DNA of 54,779 bases, the filler included, from Porpidia crustulata (lineage: Eukaryota), in the NCBI GenBank assembly GCA_964255105.1. It is 4 parts of 4 records of this genome, joined end to end, with 100 filler letters (N's around TTAATTAATTAA, not from the genome) between each part and the next. Parts side by side here need not be neighbours in the genome. Positions count along the whole stretch, not along the records: positions 1 to 13,633 come from CAXUWE010000425.1; 3 more parts are not named here. One strand, 5' to 3'. The stretch's first letter is position 1, and each line of letters starts with the position of its first letter. The position numbers and the translations under genes were made by a program. This document shows positions 1-12,900 of this stretch, piece by piece. The notes under the pieces were generated by a model. It saw nothing but the letters and a program-made list of their open reading frames with translations. It was not told the origin of the DNA and ran no database searches.

Positions 1-601
1 AGAGGAGGGTGAGATAGAACTGCTGTGGGGTCAATTGACTGTTATGGGAAAGAACTGGAGGGTATGAACTTACGAGGATCCAGACTGCGTGGTCCAAGGT
101 GGCCTGATCATCCTCTGTTCCATCGGTCGTGTCGCTATAGATGTATTTGATTCTAAGAGGCGGCGTAGGGGGGCTTGAAGAATGGAAACATTGCTTTGTG
201 ATGTCTTCGGGGAGTCCCTTCTCGGGATCTTTGATGTTGCACAGCGCCATATCATACCGGGTATTCAATTGTTCCGAGTTGTCATTGCCGGCGTTTACCA
301 AAGAGCTGGTGCCTCGATGTCCAAATGTTCTGCCATCACACTGCATGTCTTGCGTCTGGTCCCGCTCGATGGGAACACGGCAAGTTTTTAGAGCCGGCTC
401 TCGAGGTGAAAACAACGATCCGGTTGAAGGATGACTTGCCATAGTGGGCTTCGCTGGCATGGGCGGCGATGTATGAGAGAGCTCGATGGTTCGCGGTACC
501 CATGCTCCGTTCGGACGCTCTACATTTGACGCAGGCACCGTGAAGGGATGGCCCACAGCATCATCAGTAGCTTCATGTCCGCTGCATGTTGTGGGGATCA
601 T
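1..601 (-). CDS. Hypothetical (probably membrane) protein, 5' part; runs off the window edge
   Basis: Open frame from ATG at 601 (alternatives at 460, 442) reads MIPTTCSG...EDDQATLDHAVWIL, then a GTAAGT..CAG intron (73..20), then FYLTLL, the start of a hydrophobic helix. Absent from the ORF track because there is no stop inside the window. Confidence 0.6.
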   Translation of the reverse strand, partial: MIPTTCSGHEATDDAVGHPFTVPASNVERPNGAWVPRTIELSHTSPPMPAKPTMASHPSTGSLFSPREPALKTCRVPIERDQTQDMQCDGRTFGHRGTSSLVNAGNDNSEQLNTRYDMALCNIKDPEKGLPEDITKQCFHSSSPPTPPLRIKYIYSDTTDGTEDDQATLDHAVWILVSSYPPVLSHNSQLTPQQFYLTLL

Positions 602-1026
602 AACGGTAATGAAGTAAAACGGGAAGAAATTTAGTTGGCTATCGCAGCAGTAACTCACAAGCAAGAATACTGAGTGAAAAGGAAATGGAGATGTGCAAGA
701 AGGACGAATGTCGCAGCTCGAAGACGAAGCGACTCCATGCCTTTTGTGCCGTAATATATTAATTGGGAGTCTTGGAAGTCTTGGACACTCTGCTGTCCTC
801 ATCCGTGTGGGCATTCATGTTTGCTGGGCATGCTGGGCGATGCTTGGCGACCTCGGTGCAGGCGGGCGTGTTACATGTAAGGCAAAGGAGCCAAGAAGCT
901 TGGAAAGTCTTGGTCTTCCTTGGCAGCCAAGGCGATAGGTTGACCGTCACGACTGTCACGACTCAAGGAGCTTTCTGGGGTGTTGCGATCTACATCCGTC
1001 GCTTCCGCATCCTGGACAGAGACATC

Positions 1027-1052
1027 TCGCATTCTTCGCATTCTTCGCATTC
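1027..1052. repeat. 9-bp tandem repeat (TCGCATTCT) x ~2.9
   Basis: Read directly: tcgcattct tcgcattct tcgcattc. Confidence 0.8.
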
Positions 1053-1718
1053 AGATATGGTGCAGCTGTGCGATGTCGTTGGGAAGGATGTGTTATCGTG
1101 CTGTCGTGATGATCTGACCGAGAGCTGCGTTAATATATAACCACCTAACCAAGCTAGTCTTGTATTATTACCGATGAGCTAATATGACCGAACTTCAGAT
1201 ATAATACGGGAAAGCTTGAGAGCCACGAGGCATACGAGAAAAAGACTATAATTTATGGCTGATTGCCAATATACAAAAAATAAATAAACCACTCAGGGAG
1301 GAGTGGCACGGTGGGTAGCCCATCTTGTATACCAGCTTTCAAAGCCACCCCCGATCCCCCTTTTATTGCCGTCCCCTATGTCAAAAAACCCAATCTTGCC
1401 GCCACCTGCTAGGCCACCACCGGTAAAAAAGGCACTGGACTCGCCCATAGATGTCAAGCAACCCGAAGATACGCCCTAGCGTTAAACAGAAAACCACCGC
1501 CATATTCACGGACATATCTCGTGCCCCTATGTCGCTCTCCAGAATGGATATCTTATCTAGCTTGCAAAGATAATAAGAACGCTCGAAGGAAGCAAGTCGC
1601 ATAGAGTATAGTTTTCGAGTTGGCGTTGAAATCATGAACTGGGACCTTGGCCGAGGAAACCCGTGTTGGGAAGTGAGGAAGAGAGACCAATTTAATTGCA
1701 TCGTCACAGTTGCGGCCA

Positions 1719-4613
1719 TTACCCTTGAGCTTCAATCTTCGTCTGTCCGGCCATCATACCACGTTGCGGACTATTACGACCACCAGAGCCCCCGAGGCGC
1801 TTTTCGTCATCGCCTTCGTCGTCGTAATCTTCGTCGACATCCATCTTGCGGGCAGCTGCCTCGTAGGTTTCCCGATTCCGCTCGTCTCGCCCAGTATCGT
1901 TAATGGTAGGCAAGTGTTCCTGCACTTGCACATGCGCCGGCGGCTGTGGCTGTTGATGCATCGAGGGTAGCGTCGGTGGATGGTGGGCAGCTTCGGAAGG
2001 ATGGTAGTTCTCATCCGCTCGTCTCTGGTCCTCATGCCGAGCTTCAGAAGATTCTCGTGGATGTCTGATAGGAGATGGTGGCTGTCTACCTCGCGGGGGA
2101 CTTAACCTTTGACGAGGAGAGGGTTTCCTGTCAGGTGGCGGCGACGGTCGACGATAGATGTGATCATCCATTCTACTACGCGTTTCACCATTCGCAGGGA
2201 CTTTGTGCATACCCTTATAGTCATCCTCAGGATCATGCATACGCTTGAATCCACTGAGCGGTCGCTCCTCCCGTTCACTACGTGCGGCAGCTTCAGCAGC
2301 CGCAAGGGCTGCGACTGGCGGAGGTGCACCGGCGGCAATTCCTCCAGGCTGGGATGGAGGAGCTGGGTGGTAATGATGCGGGTGTGGGTAGCTGGGCCCT
2401 GGGGAAGGCGGTCTGTCCTCCGCGATCGGCCGTATCTCAGGAGGGGGGCTATTGCCACGTCCGTAAGGAGGTATCGGGCCAGGGCCACCATGGCCACCGT
2501 TCGGTGGAGGACCAACGCTACCGCTCGGCGCACCGTAGTTGGGATTGGTGATCCGGTTTGGGGCAGACGTCTGAGGCGCTGGAGGTCCTAGTGGCTGCGG
2601 TAGACCTTGCTGTCCTGAGTATGAACCAGACCCTGGGTGGGTCACAATTGGTGGAGGCGACGGTCGTCGCACAGGAGTATGAAGACGAGGTTCTTGATAT
2701 TGTCTCATCTGTTCCTGACGTGGGCTCATCTGCCTTTGTGGTAGCGGTGCTCTAATGGATTCGCGCTGGTCGTAGGGATTTGGCGGTTGCGGCTGTGGTT
2801 GGGGCTGCTGGATTTCAGCAAGGCGTCGATTCCAATCATGTGCAGGACCTGGCGGCGCAGGGCCAGGAACTTGAGGCATCGAGCCTGGGCCAGGAACTCC
2901 CCATTGAGGGCCAGGTGGCGCGCCTACGCCAGCGGCTTGATACTGTTGAGGATGCACATCTTGGGGAACAGGGGCCCCTTGTTGATTAGGCATGCCTGTG
3001 GATTGACCATTGTTGCGGAGTAGCTGCAATCTTGCTTTGATATGGATGTTGGAAGGATCAAGGTCCGCTGCACGCTGATATGCATCTAGCGCGTCTGCTG
3101 TTTGATTGTTGCACGATTCGTACTGGCAAATCGTGAGTACGTCTTCAGTCATGGGGCTCCTTGACAAACTTACCAGAGTACCAAGATCGTACCAGACTTC
3201 GGAGATATAAGGATTCAAACGAATTGCTCGGGAATATGCATCAAGAGCATCCCGGTATTGGTTGATCTGGTAATATAGAACGCCGATCGAACACCAGAAT
3301 GTAGGGTTCCGTCCGTCTCGGTAAACCGCTTGCTGGTACGCCTCGTAGGCCTTCGAATACTTTTGCTGTGACATGTAGCATCGACCGAGGAGATACCAGC
3401 TCTGGGCATCAGAATTGTCTGGATTCACGAGAATTAATACAAAGGTCGATACCACAGAAGATTCACTTGCCTGAGCTGACGGATTTTTCTAGGTACTCAA
3501 TCGCGTGCTCCTGGCTGCTGAAGGCGGCGCTTTGTTGGTGATGCAGCCACCCGAGCTGCTGTAGGACTTTGGCATGGTTAGGGTCTCTGTCGAGAACCCG
3601 TCGATATGCGGCCTTTGCGGAATCATACTGAATAGTCGGTGTCAGCGGAGCTCACGTAGAGAAGATGACAGGCTGCTTACATCTTTCTGTTGTTCATGGA
3701 CGTGGCCGATTTGGAACCAGATGTCTTCTTCTGTCAATGGCCTCGGAGGGTTTGTAACAATATATTTGAAGCACTGGGGTTTGATTAGTGCCATGGATGA
3801 TCATGGAGAAGACGTAGCCATACCTCCAAGCTTTGATTATATTTTTGCTGCTGTTTATAGATTATTCCGAGGCGAAAATATATCTCATTTGCTTTTTCGA
3901 AATCAGGCTGCATGCGCATTACCTGAGAAAAAGCTTCCTCTGCATGTTCAAGTGATCCATAGCGATCGTAAAGTATTCCGATTCCGTACCATAGTTTTGG
4001 TTCCTACCATCAAACTATTAGCTTGCGCACATGAGTGAAGGCAACGACCAACCTTTGGATCTCTAAGGTGGTAAAGCGCTTGCTGATAGGCAGCATAGGC
4101 TTGTTGAAGGTCTTCCATCATAAGAAAACAATGACCTTCAAACCACATTAGCTCATTGCTGTCGATGAGCACAACCAATTTATTTACCCAGACTACCCCA
4201 TACTTCACCATTACTCGCGTCGAGCTTCAGTATCGTCTGAAGATACTCGACGGCTCTCGGGAAATTCTCTTTAGTTCGAAGTATACAGGATATGGCATTC
4301 ATGGCTGGTATAGAATGGGGATTGTGTCGTAATGCCATATCGTAAGCAACAACAGCTTCGTCGAGATTACCCATCAGTTCAGTTGCGCTGCCTGTACACC
4401 GGTCAGCAAATTGTACTTTGACTTGGTGTGAGCTTCTGTGGAAATACCTATTCCTAACCACACTGCTTCATTGAGCGAGGCCAGATGAGCCGGGGTAATT
4501 TTGTGGTGTGCTTGCATCGGCATGTGCCCATTGACCTGAGGGTGACCACCCGGAGGACCATGATGAAGGTGTAGACCTCCAGGCGACGATGGTTGTGGAT
4601 GATGATTGGACAT
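1719..4613 (-). CDS. SSN6: General transcriptional corepressor Ssn6/Cyc8 (TPR repeats, Pro/Gln-rich C-terminus), 8 exons
   Basis: Spliced frame gives Cyc8 TPR text: EPKLWYGIGILYDRYGSLEHAEEAF, EDIWFQIGHVHEQQKD, DAQSWYLLGRCYMSQQKY, RNPTFWCSIGVLYYQINQYRDALDAYSRAIRLNPYISEVWYDLG. Introns 4447-4392, 4187-4136, 4052-4004, 3823-3774, 3680-3628, 3470-3419 (GC-AG), 3173-3123. Stop TAA 1721-1719. Confidence 0.96.
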
Positions 4614-7184
4614 ATCTCACGCAAATGCGGTGAAAGCGAGGAAAGCGAGGAAAGCCTCGAAAGCTTGGGGAAACCGGGGGATTTCTATAATGTTACCAAC
4701 GTACAGCAACTTTCCCCGTTTTGTAATATTGCGTGGATGGAAAATTAATTCTGTGCGGTTCCAGTTGGTCTAGATCTAGGCCATGTCGCTAGAATGGCGT
4801 TGCGATTTGTTTCGGAACAGGATGAGGCAACTGGGCAATAGATGAATTATTGCGATGAAGGAGGTTTTGGACTTTGGAAGACCTGGAGGGCGGGTGAACC
4901 GACACCTAACTTTCAGATGCTTCGCACCCGCACTAGAGCCTGTGGTCCTGTATAAATAATGGCGTATCCATCTAACAACCCTGCGGCACTACTACTCACC
5001 CTCTTCTGCCTGTTGGGTAGTCGTGAACCGTGGCTGCAGCTAGCAATCGAAACTGCCAGCCCACACTACTACCACTATGGAGTAGTACAATCATTACTGG
5101 CGTCTGGCGATGACAGATAGATCTAGCCTTTAGGTAAGGTTGGCCGGCTTCTGGGTGCCAATTAGGTACAAGCCCTCGACACTCGTCCCCCCCCAACCCC
5201 CCAACCCTCCTACGAAACAATCTACCACTCACAATTGTAAACACCCTGGCGCATGTGCGAATTGCCTTCTCCCTCCCATGTCCCGTTCGCAGTTTCTTTT
5301 CTTTCCGATAATCTCGGCTAATGGATTATCAGCCTCACAATCACAGCTACTTACCGTAAGCACTCAAGCAGTCACGCATCCTTACCACATCTCATATCTC
5401 GAGCCAAGCCATTCTAATCCCAGAAATGAGGAAATTCTCTCTAGGAAGCGTGATCCGTTGGCCCTCAAGAGTTGGGGACACCTTGATACCCTGGCGATGC
5501 CGCTATCCGGACGGTATTCTTGCAGTCATGTTGCTGGAAGTAACCGCGCATATGCTTCACGACGTGTATCGCATTGGATTGGTGGCGCTGGGTATGTGCT
5601 TCGCTTATAAAGCAATCTTTTCGTAAGGATCGCCGAGAGGGTGACCCAGTCACCCAGGCAGCGGGCGGATTCAAACACTAAGGTGCCTAAAACTTAGTAA
5701 GATTCGAAAAAGGCCGCTGGAAAACAACCTCAACATGGAAAGCTAACGGTTAGCACAATGCAAAGTACATGCGACGTAATTGTCATCGGATGCCCAATAT
5801 TGCTACTCTCTCTGATAATGTATAACAGGTAGTAGGAATCCTCCGGCTGCGACAACTTGCGCTACATAATCGATAGATATGGCTTTGTAGCTCCATTGGG
5901 CATCATGGCAAACAGTTTGGCAGATGTGCAGATGCTGCTACGGAAGTTGAGAGGGACGATCATGGTCCGAAGAAGCAGGTTGCACCGAAAGTGTGAAGGG
6001 AAAGAGTGGGATCGGAATTCGAAAGATGATTTGAAGCGCCGTTCATGCTCGCCGAGTTCAGAGAAACGCTAGAGTAGAACGACCTATTACCGGTACTAAC
6101 AAAAGGTAGGGTCAAAGCACCACCTCCACGAGCCTCTCGGACGTGGCTGGTGTGGGGACACCTGCGGAACACCCGCACTTGTGCCGCCTCTAGGACCTCC
6201 GTGGGTAACACAAGTACCCCTTCGCTTGCCCAATCCCTCAGGTCTACCTACCTCCTACCTATCCATGCATATGGCGCTTCACACAGGAATAACATCGACG
6301 ACGATCAAGTGTTTCCTCTCGCATTCAGAGCGTTCTGTGGCCTGTGAAGACCTCTAATCAAGGAGGAAGTAAAGAACAAATGAGCTCGGCAAATTCGTAC
6401 GATCAAAAATGGCATAGGATGGGATACTCTTCGATTACCACCCAACTGAAACTTGGGGATCTTCGTTACGCCTAACTAAAAGCCATGCCAGCCAATAATC
6501 TGAAAGCTCATAACCGTTGCTTTCTCTAAAGATTTGCGTCTCTTGGTGGGGCACCAGTATCAGTTTTGGCTTAAGTAATATCATTGAAATTGACAAAATG
6601 CTTGATTGACTCCAGATCAAGCACCAACGTGGATTCAATCTCATAATCTCCATTTTCCGGGAACATTTAGCCATGAAGTTTCATCCGGCCATGTTGGCAA
6701 ATGGGTGATTGGAAACTTATCCAATGATGTAATATTCGTACTACTTGAACTTTGTTCCAAACCATTATCCAAATTCGCCATTGCACAGTGTTGCACTATC
6801 TAGTCTTTGAAGCAATGGAGAATAAGTGTTATAAATAGTCAGATAATCAACTATGACATACGATATGGATGCATAGGGATCTGAAATATATCTTGTGAAA
6901 TGAGGGAGGCCATTACAGGAACGTAGGATGAATGTACAAGATCCCCATGTAGAACCATAGTTGCAAACAAGTATTTTCTGGACCGACTCACAATTTGAAA
7001 GGATGTCTTGAGTTAACTTCCAGTGGTTGAGGTAGAAGTGCTTGATCTTATCGAGAGCCCTGGAGCCACACAACCACACAATGGAAATCTCGCTAAAATT
7101 GCGCTAACCAAACGGCACACAAAGATTGTTGTGCAGGCCGACGTAATCGAGAGACATCTTTCCTCAACGTGAATACCATCAGTC

Positions 7185-8575
7185 ATGTCGCACCGTAAAT
7201 TTGAGGGTATGTGTTTCTCATGACAAGTCGTATAACGATTTGTAAATCACTGATGCATGCACAGCGCCCCGCCATGGGTCATTGGCCTTTCTCCCCAGAA
7301 AGCGGGCAAGCAGACATAGAGGAAAGGTACATTGCTCGTTTGCTACTGATCGGACTGTATTGATTTGTCTATCTGTAGGTCAAGAGCTTCCCAAAGGATA
7401 ACCCTAAGGAGCCAGTCCATCTCACGGCTGCCATGGGATACAAAGCTGGAATGACCACGATTGTCCGCGATTTAGATCGACCCGGAGCAAAAATGCACAA
7501 GAAAGAAATTGTCGAAGCTGTGACGGTCATTGAAACACCACCGGTACGGAATGTTCGCTCCTGACCTACTTCATCGAGCTAATATGTATACTCAGATGAT
7601 TGTTGTTGGTCTCGTTGGCTACATCGAGACTCCCCGCGGTCTTCGATCACTCACCACTGTCTGGGCAGAGCACCTCAGCGATGAAGTCAAGCGTCGCTTC
7701 TATAAAAACTGGTACAAGTCAAAGAAAAAGGCGTTCACCAAGTACGCGAAGAAGCACGCCGAAGACTCTGGTAAGCCAATCAACCGAGAGCTTGAGCGTA
7801 TTAGAAAGTACTGTACCGTCGTTCGCGTTCTCGCCCACACCCAAATCCGCAAAACTCCACTCAAACAGAAGAAGGCCCACTTGATGGAGATTCAGATCAA
7901 TGGCGGCAGCGTCCCAGATAAAGTCGACTTCGGTAAGGGTCTTTTCGAAAAGCCGGTGGAGATCAGCTCAATCTTTGAGAAGGACGAGATGATAGACTGC
8001 ATTGCAGTCACTAAAGGCCATGGGTTTTCGGGGGTTACAAGCAGATGGGGTACCAAAAAGCTACCGCGAAAGACGCACAAAGGTCTTCGTAAGGTTGCAT
8101 GTATTGGCGCGTGGCATCCTTCCCACGTGCAATGGACCGTCGGTCGCGCCGGTCAAGATGGATACCACCACCGAACTTCTGTCAATCACAAGGTCTATCG
8201 TATCGGAAGCGGTGCGGCAGAAGACAACGCTTCGACCGAATTCGATGTTTCAAAGAAACAGATCACGCCGTCAGTAGCCAGCTTCTCTAGATTTATGGTC
8301 TTAACTAATGAGTATTTAGCATGGGCGGTTTCGTTCGTTACGGGGAGGTGAAGAACGACTTTTTATTACTGAAAGGATGCGTTCCAGGTGTCAAGAAGCG
8401 AGTCATGACCTTACGTAAATCCATGTTTGTGCATACTAGTCGGAAAGCTCTGGAGAAAGTGGATTTGAAATGGATTGATACGTCGTCTAAATTCGGACAT
8501 GGAGCCTATCAGACACCGGCGGAGAAGAAGCAGTACCTGGGAACTCTAAAGAAGGACCTTGTCACTGCTTCTTAA
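7185..8575 (+). CDS. RPL3: 60S ribosomal protein L3 (uL3), 5 exons
   Basis: [22 protein letters not shown]...[26 protein letters not shown]...[10 protein letters not shown]. Introns 7207-7264, 7327-7378, 7544-7595, 8270-8319. Confidence 0.98.
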
Positions 8576-8824
8576 TTTTACTGCGTTTGTCAAAGCGAAG
8601 GGGGTGAATCAGGTAGTTTGAGACCAAGGGAGGTCTCCTAGTTTCTACATAACACCTTTGGCAATCTTCCAAGACGCCTGCGGTTGTACTGAAAATAATC
8701 CATTCCACTTCTGATGCGCCGCAATCGTAATTCGTATACCAAGATGGGAAAGCCAAGTTATGTGAACGTGCTGTTGACAATCGCTGCGGCTTGTCCCAGG
8801 GCGGCAAGGGTCCAGGCTGATCAC

Positions 8825-8931
8825 TGCGTCATACGTTCCAGTAAGTGATCAGAACACAATACAGCTCAACTGCGGGCAGGCACGACGCTGCTGGCCAATG
8901 ACGCAGCTTGGCAGTTGAATAACTATAAATA
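8825..8931 (+). promoter_or_regulatory. Core promoter of the small conserved gene: TATA box, CCAAT box and two CRE-like sites
   Basis: TATAAATA at 8924-8931 (70 bp before the ATG), CCAAT at 8895-8899, TGCGTCA at 8825-8831 and its inverse TGACGCA at 8899-8905. Confidence 0.5.
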
Positions 8932-8993
8932 CAGCTGTTCTATTATTTGAGAAAAGGTCGAGTCGCTTTCTACATAGCACCTCACGTAAAGCC

Positions 8994-9517
8994 ATGTCTT
9001 CCGACGACGCCTACAGCAATTTCCTAGACAAAGCCAATCGGGATACTGGAGCAAACAAAGCTTCTGTGCCATCGAAGACGGCAAGTACAAAGGCTGTGAA
9101 TACAGATGTACCCGTGGCGCTCAAAAGTATCGAGCAATACTACACTTCAGAAGCTGACGAACCCTTCGAGCCTGTCAGCCTGGAGTGGGATAGCAAGAAT
9201 ATGCCTTCAGAAAGTACGCGTCTTTCATTGAATATCGCCTGGCGTAGCCCAGAAGCTACTGCTAATGTAGTGTCTGCACAGACGAATTCAAAGACCTAAT
9301 TGGCCACGGCTCCAGCGTCTCAACTCTGAGCGCCCAAGAATTTGATCCAAGTGGGGATTACAAGGAAGTAATTCAGGCGGTAGAGAAAGCGGGGGACGGT
9401 AAGGCTAGGATATACCGGTTGGATCAAGGTAGATCGAGAGCGGAGTACTACGTCGTCGGGTTGGATCACAAGGGGAAGAAGGTGGTGGGATTGAAGGCAA
9501 AGGCAGTAGAGAGTTAA
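8994..9517 (+). CDS. Small conserved fungal hypothetical protein (~150 aa), 2 exons
   Basis: MSSDDAYSNFLDKAN...YYTSEADEPFEPVSL; intron 9214-9281 (GTACGC..GCTAAT..CAG); exon 2 ...FDPSGDYKEVIQAV...RAEYYVVGLD...VVGLKAKAVES*. Confidence 0.85.
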
Positions 9518-10618
9518 ATCGTTGCAGACCGTCGCAAACGAGATGAGAAGATCACCAAGTGACTGGTCATGCGTGGAATTAAAGAAAGCTGTATAAGTTG
9601 CACATATGGGTGACCGATTAGAATCTGGTACGAGAAGGAGAGGCACTCTAAGCCAGAACCTGTGGAGACGGCCATCATAGGCTGTGAGATATTCCCTGCG
9701 AGAAAGCTCATATTCGACAAGCACACCGGTAACATTAATGGCATGGAAGTTCGTAGTCGTATTGGATACTGGACAGAAGTCTTTGAAATCGTTGGATGTT
9801 TCGGTTAAGCTCCATTCCTTTAGTGGCAGCGAGCACCTGCAAACCTCGGCGAAGTGCAGAAAATGGCAGACGTGGAATACGCTGCTCAAGACACGGATTA
9901 AATCATCAGCCAGGCATGCGGTGAGTGGTGGAATAGAGTAGATATTTCAGATTCTCAATTCAAACTCCCCTAGTGGGAGCTTTGGGGTAGGTTAGTTGGA
10001 AGATTGCGTAGACAATGGATCTATTTTTGTTGGCTTGTGGCGTTAGTCCCAATGGCACTCGCAGGATTTTTAGGGGGTTGGCTGTAGGCTCGCTTAGTCA
10101 CGGTGATCAATACGGAGTCGTGGGAGCGATTTTGTATTTGCTGCACAGCCAACCTGGAAACCGTTGTACCCCGTAACCTTTCCTGGCGATGAACAGACCA
10201 TCAATCGTTGTTCTTCCCTCGGTGCTACAGTTTCATTCACCATAGCGACACCTGACGGTCTTTCCAAACTACTTTATCTTTCCGCCGTGCAACGCCGATG
10301 ATATTAGGCGGTCTTCCTCTCACTTAGGAGACGCATCCCATCATAGATCGCGTTCTTCATCAATCACTACACACCGCACAAACTCGGCCATAGAACCATA
10401 AAGCGCAATAAATCGATAACTTCTTTTAAACACTGTTCGCCAGCTATCCGTCGAGGCGTCGGTGATTGAGGGAGAAGGCTGGCCGGCTCCTGTGTCTTTG
10501 CCACGATTTGACTCGAATACGCACCTCGAGTACATCTACAAGCTCTACTTTCTTTGGGCTACACCACTTTCGCTCGCAGCCTTCACCCAGGAGGCCGACT
10601 GTCGCTCGTTCCCGTATC

Positions 10619-12900
10619 ATGTCCTCTTCAGATTCCTCACCACCTCCTCGAAATCCTCCACATATTAGATTAAACTCCGGCCAAGACGATATTCTCACCA
10701 ATGAAGCGTCGAACAATCGACCAATAGGACCGTCAAGGCAGACTTCTTCAAGATCTCTAATTCCTCAGAGACCACCAACCGCACCTCCAATTCGGCAAAA
10801 CCCTTCGGTTCATCGATTGTACAGTAACGGCCCGCAAGAGTCTGCGACTTCACTTCTGCCTCCATCAAGATCAAGGACGCATCGCTTTCGAGATGATGAT
10901 TCGGTTCCGGGTTCCCCAGTGGATGGTTCGTCAAGACGGACCAGTTGGAGCTCAGATGGACGAGATAGTAGAATATATGGCATGAACCCATTTGACGATT
11001 CACGGGCGCCTTCAAGAGCAGGGAGTGACGATGATAATGTTAATACACAGACAGTCTCTGAGAAGTACAACATTTTACCGTCTGCAGGACTACTACTCTT
11101 TCCGGAAGATGTCGAGAAGGATGATTGGCTACACAATCCTGATCCGAACGAGAAAGAGAGAAGAGAGTGCGATATATTCAGTAAGAGAGGCATGGTCAAC
11201 TTGGGAGGTCTTGGGTTTTTAACCCTCGGAGTCCTGATTCTATTCGTTGGTTATCCAGTATTGTATGGTTCCCCAAGCTTCTTCCAAATCCCAGGCCGAA
11301 GTCTAGTCTTCCTGCTTATTGATCCGTACGGCTAATACTTTCTACAGATCCTATGTACAAAAATACACTAATCCACCGGATCCTTGTTCAACCAATCCCG
11401 ACTGTATACATATTGGTAAAGTACCTCTGCTCAAGAACATTCGTACCTCTCTGGTAGACCCCGACACACCGAAATCCGCCTTGACCAAAACAGCACCGGA
11501 TGGGTCAACGCTAAACCTCGTCGTACGTCACCTTTCATTATTTACGGTGAGAAACAGAATTTAACACTCCGATAGTTCTCAGATGAATTCAATAAGGACG
11601 GACGAACATTCTATTCTGGAGACGATCCATACTTCACGGCAGTGGACTTGTGGTATGGCGTTACGCAGGATATGGAGGTATGCTTGAGACTCCCAGGTTT
11701 TGCCATACAATTCAGTTGACAATTTGGCAGTGGTACGACCCGGATGCAGTTTCAACGAAGAATGGAGTACTCGAGCTCCGCTTTGACGCATTCCAAAACC
11801 ACGGTTTGAACTACCGTTCCGGCATGCTACAATCGTGGAATCAAATGTGCTTCACTGGGGGTATTCTCGAGGCCTCAATATCATTACCCGGAAAGGGTGA
11901 CGTTTCTGGGTTCTGGCCTGGGTTCTGGGTAATGGGCAATCTAGGAAGACCGGGTTACGCGGCCACCACAGACGGGATGTGGCCGTACAGCTATGACGAC
12001 GTATGTGACGCAGGGATTACCGCCAACCAGAGTCAGACCGATGGTTTGAGCTATCTACCAGGAATGCGACTGCCTGCGTGTACCTGCTCTGGTGAAGATC
12101 ACCCCTCGCCCGGAAAATCACGATCCGCTCCCGAAATTGATGTGATCGAAGCCAGTTCTTCCCCATTAGGACCACCGGGAGGAGCATCTGTGATGACTGG
12201 GGTGGTTTCTCAGAGTTGCCAGCTTGCCCCGTTCGATATCTGGTACCAGCCAAATACAGGTATGCCCGAGCATAACTGGAGTCTAAGCGCCTGTTTACTG
12301 ATATGAGTACAGAGTTCATTGAGGTGTATGACCCGACAATTACTATATTAAACTCTTATCAGGGAGGGCCCTTCCAGCAAGCCTTGTCCGGATTGACAAA
12401 TCTGAACAATGATTGGTATAACGGAAAGAATTATCAAACTTATGGCTTTCATAACAAGCCCGGAAAAGGAGGCAGCATAGTATGGACCATAGGTGATGAA
12501 ACAACCTGGAAATTGGATTCTCGATCCATCGGACCAAACGGCAACGTTGGACAGAGAATCATTCCACAGGAGCCGATGGCTATGGTTATGAATTTTGGAA
12601 TGTCCACTGGCTTTGCTCCGGTCAATTTGGTTGACCTCTCACCTCTGATGCCGGCAGTCATGCGATTTGACTACGTTCGCATTTATCAAGACCCTAATTC
12701 CAAGAGTGTTACCTGCGATCCTCCTGGGATGGAGACCACTGCCTACATAGCAAAACACATGGAAGCTTACACAAACCCGAACAAAACTCACTGGTATGTT
12801 GTGTCCCCGTATGACTTTTACTTATATACTAAACCCATGATCCAGGTCCCAAGTGTCGAAGTCTTGGCCAAAGAACACGCTCGTCAATGGCTGCTCATAG
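10619..12900 (+). CDS. KRE6: Beta-1,6-glucan synthesis-associated type II membrane protein, KRE6/SKN1 family (GH16), 6 exons
   Basis: Cytosolic N-terminus with [11 protein letters not shown], one TM helix, [49 protein letters not shown], catalytic [21 protein letters not shown]-terminal [11 protein letters not shown]. Introns 11263-11347, 11523-11575, 11678-11730, 12260-12312, 12794-12845. Confidence 0.93.

Noticed and set aside
6435..7079. Short minus-strand ORFs upstream of RPL3
   Set aside because: No recognisable motifs, codon bias or consistent splice structure.
9320..9941. 189-aa minus-strand ORF and overlapping small ORFs
   Set aside because: Partly antisense to the small conserved gene, non-ATG start, no protein-like features.
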